Source of the DNA: Acutalibacteraceae bacterium
Lineage (GTDB): Bacteria > Bacillota > Clostridia > Oscillospirales > Acutalibacteraceae
DNA length: 64,000 bases
Assembly (NCBI GenBank): GCA_045541175.1
Contig: JAZQIP010000022.1
Span: 14,129 to 78,128, forward strand
Reading direction: 5' to 3'
Below, in pieces: positions 62,333 to 64,000 of this stretch; position 1 is the first letter of the stretch; every line of letters starts with the position of its first letter. The position numbers and the translations under genes are program-made. The notes below the pieces were generated by a model that did no database searches, was not told the DNA's origin, and saw only the letters and a list, made by a program, of their open reading frames with translations.

Positions 62333-63766
62333 ATGGCTAAGGAAAAACTTGTAAAATCTATTACTTCTATGGATGAGGATTTTGCCAAATGGTATACTGA
62401 TGTGTGCATTAAGGCAGAGCTTGTCGATTATGCTTCGGTAAAGGGCTGTATGATTATCAGACCCTACGGCTATGCTATCTGGGAAAATATCCAGCGTGAG
62501 ATGGATTCCCGCTTTAAAGCAACAGGTCACGAAAATGTTTATATGCCCTTATTTATTCCCGAGAGCTTGCTTCAAAAGGAAAAGGACCATGTTGAGGGCT
62601 TTGCTCCTGAGGTTGCTTGGGTGACTCATGGCGGCGAGGAAAAGCTTGAAGAGAGAATGTGTGTCAGACCTACCTCTGAGACGCTTTTCTGCGACCATTT
62701 CAAAAATATAGTTCATTCTTACAGAGATTTGCCTAAATTATATAATCAGTGGTGTAATGTTGTAAGATGGGAAAAGACTACCCGTCCTTTCCTTCGCTCG
62801 CGCGAGTTTTTATGGCAGGAAGGACATACTCTGCACGCTACAGCAGAAGAAGCTCAGGCAGAGACTATTCAAATGCTTAATATCTATGCCGAGTTTGCTG
62901 AGAATGTACTTGCGATGCCTGTGGTAAAGGGAATCAAGACTGAAAAAGAGCGTTTTGCAGGCGCAGAGGCTACTTATACTATTGAGGCTCTTATGCACGA
63001 TGGTAAAGCTTTGCAGAGCGGAACCTCTCATTATTTCGGAGATGGTTTCTCAAAAGCCTTTGAGGTTGAGTATACAGATAAAAATAATAATTCAGTTCAT
63101 CCGTTCCAGACCTCTTGGGGAACAACAACCCGCCTTATCGGTGCGGTTATTATGACCCACGGTGACGACAGCGGTTTGGTTCTTCCTCCTGCAATTGCGC
63201 CTATACAAGCTGTATTAGTACCAATTGCTACCCATAAGGAAGGCGTTTTAGAGAAGGCCGCTGAGGTTTACGGTAAAATAAAGAATATTTGCAGAGCTAA
63301 GCTGGATGATAGCGACCAGTCTCCAGGCTGGAAATTCGCAGAGTATGAGATGAAGGGTGTACCGCTCAGAATCGAACTTGGTCCTAAAGATATTGAAAAT
63401 AATTGCTGTGTTGTAGTTCGCAGAGACAACGGTGAGAAAATAGTAGTATCGCTTGATGAGCTTGAAGCAAAGATTCCTGAGCTTTTAAAGGCAGTTCACG
63501 ACGGCCTTTATGAAAAGGCGCTGAATCGTCGCGAAACTATGACTTATGATGCTCATAACCTCGATGAAATGAAGGATATCGCAGATAATAAGCCTGGATT
63601 TATACGCGCTATGTGGTGCGGTGACCGTGAATGTGAAGATAAGCTAAAGGAAATTGCAGGTGTTACCTCGCGCTGTATTCCTTTTGAGCAGGACGAAATT
63701 GCAGAAACTTGTGTATGCTGCGGTAAAAAGGCTAAAAATATGCTTTATTGGGGCAAGGCGTATTAA
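62333..63766 (+). CDS. proS: Proline--tRNA ligase (archaeal/eukaryote-like short form)
   Basis: [33 protein letters not shown]...RPTSETLF...[22 protein letters not shown]... and C-terminal Zn-type CGDRECE...CVCCG. Confidence 0.95.
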   Translation: MAKEKLVKSITSMDEDFAKWYTDVCIKAELVDYASVKGCMIIRPYGYAIWENIQREMDSRFKATGHENVYMPLFIPESLLQKEKDHVEGFAPEVAWVTHGGEEKLEERMCVRPTSETLFCDHFKNIVHSYRDLPKLYNQWCNVVRWEKTTRPFLRSREFLWQEGHTLHATAEEAQAETIQMLNIYAEFAENVLAMPVVKGIKTEKERFAGAEATYTIEALMHDGKALQSGTSHYFGDGFSKAFEVEYTDKNNNSVHPFQTSWGTTTRLIGAVIMTHGDDSGLVLPPAIAPIQAVLVPIATHKEGVLEKAAEVYGKIKNICRAKLDDSDQSPGWKFAEYEMKGVPLRIELGPKDIENNCCVVVRRDNGEKIVVSLDELEAKIPELLKAVHDGLYEKALNRRETMTYDAHNLDEMKDIADNKPGFIRAMWCGDRECEDKLKEIAGVTSRCIPFEQDEIAETCVCCGKKAKNMLYWGKAY

Positions 63767-63790
63767 ACTACAGTTTATGAGGGATTTGAA

Positions 63791-64000
63791 ATGAAATTAA
63801 AGCTTATTTCGGCTTTGGAAAAATGTTTTTTAGATGAAAAAATAGATTCCAAAATGGAATATAAGCAGGGCTCTTGCTTTAAAAATGAAATTTTCCGTTT
63901 TGGCTGTTGCTATACATTGGCATGGCCATGCTATAATAAAGAAACCTATATTCTTGAAATAAAATCGCCTATTGCAAAATATGTTAATGTGCGCAGAGTT
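63791..64000 (+). CDS. Hypothetical protein, N-terminal fragment (continues beyond the window)
   Basis: The ATG at 63791 stays open to the window end. MKLKLISALEKCFLDEKIDSKMEYKQGSCFKNEIFRFGCCY.... It is reminiscent of DUF4091-type glycoside-hydrolase-like N-termini. Not verified. Confidence 0.4.
   Translation, partial: MKLKLISALEKCFLDEKIDSKMEYKQGSCFKNEIFRFGCCYTLAWPCYNKETYILEIKSPIAKYVNVRRV

Overview
The window holds about 38.5 kb of an integrated temperate phage (coordinates 1-38.5 kb, left end cut by the window edge) followed by about 25 kb of housekeeping chromosome from a Firmicutes/Clostridia-like host. The taxon is inferred from gene content only.

Prophage layout:
- Lysogeny and early genes: integrase (partial, minus strand), an LexA/CI-type S24 repressor, a divergent Cro-like switch, and an early recombination/replication module (RecT-like annealase, YqaJ-like exonuclease, SF2 helicase, NinB-like protein, SSB, winged-helix replication organizer, RusA).
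- A sigma-region-4-like late regulator.
- Three terminator-bounded late cassettes: (i) TerS, TerL, scaffold and capsid; (ii) fibre-like genes, an M23/CW_7 endolysin and a holin; (iii) portal, virion proteins and a 2457-aa multi-domain giant protein.
- I recognise no tail tube, sheath, tape measure or chaperone, so the virion is probably podovirus-like.

Between the giant gene and ssrA (tmRNA) lies a very AT-rich three-gene minus-strand cassette: an XRE regulator, a 2-TM 359-aa protein and a multi-TM 158-aa protein. I cannot assign it a function, and I regard it as the best candidate for an undescribed phage-carried exclusion or defence module. Two further AT-rich reverse-strand morons interrupt the early operon.

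Host genes after the prophage: ssrA, smpB, ferredoxin, yaaT, holB, trpS, yfhO, an HD 5'-nucleotidase, a lipoprotein with a two-component system, DUF1385-prmC, recA-recX, rimO, pgsA, cysE-cysS, two methyltransferases, two LCP paralogs, acpP and proS.

Other observations worth a second look:
- a conserved late-promoter motif present three times
- an iteron plus AT-tract origin-like structure inside the replication gene
- a 249-nt GGC-NNT hexamer repeat that encodes a (G-S/D/Y)n tract
- an in-frame amber codon in one small gene
- a homopolymer frameshift in another small gene
- a candidate antisense sRNA between int and the repressor

All family names come from reading motifs by eye. No database search was run.
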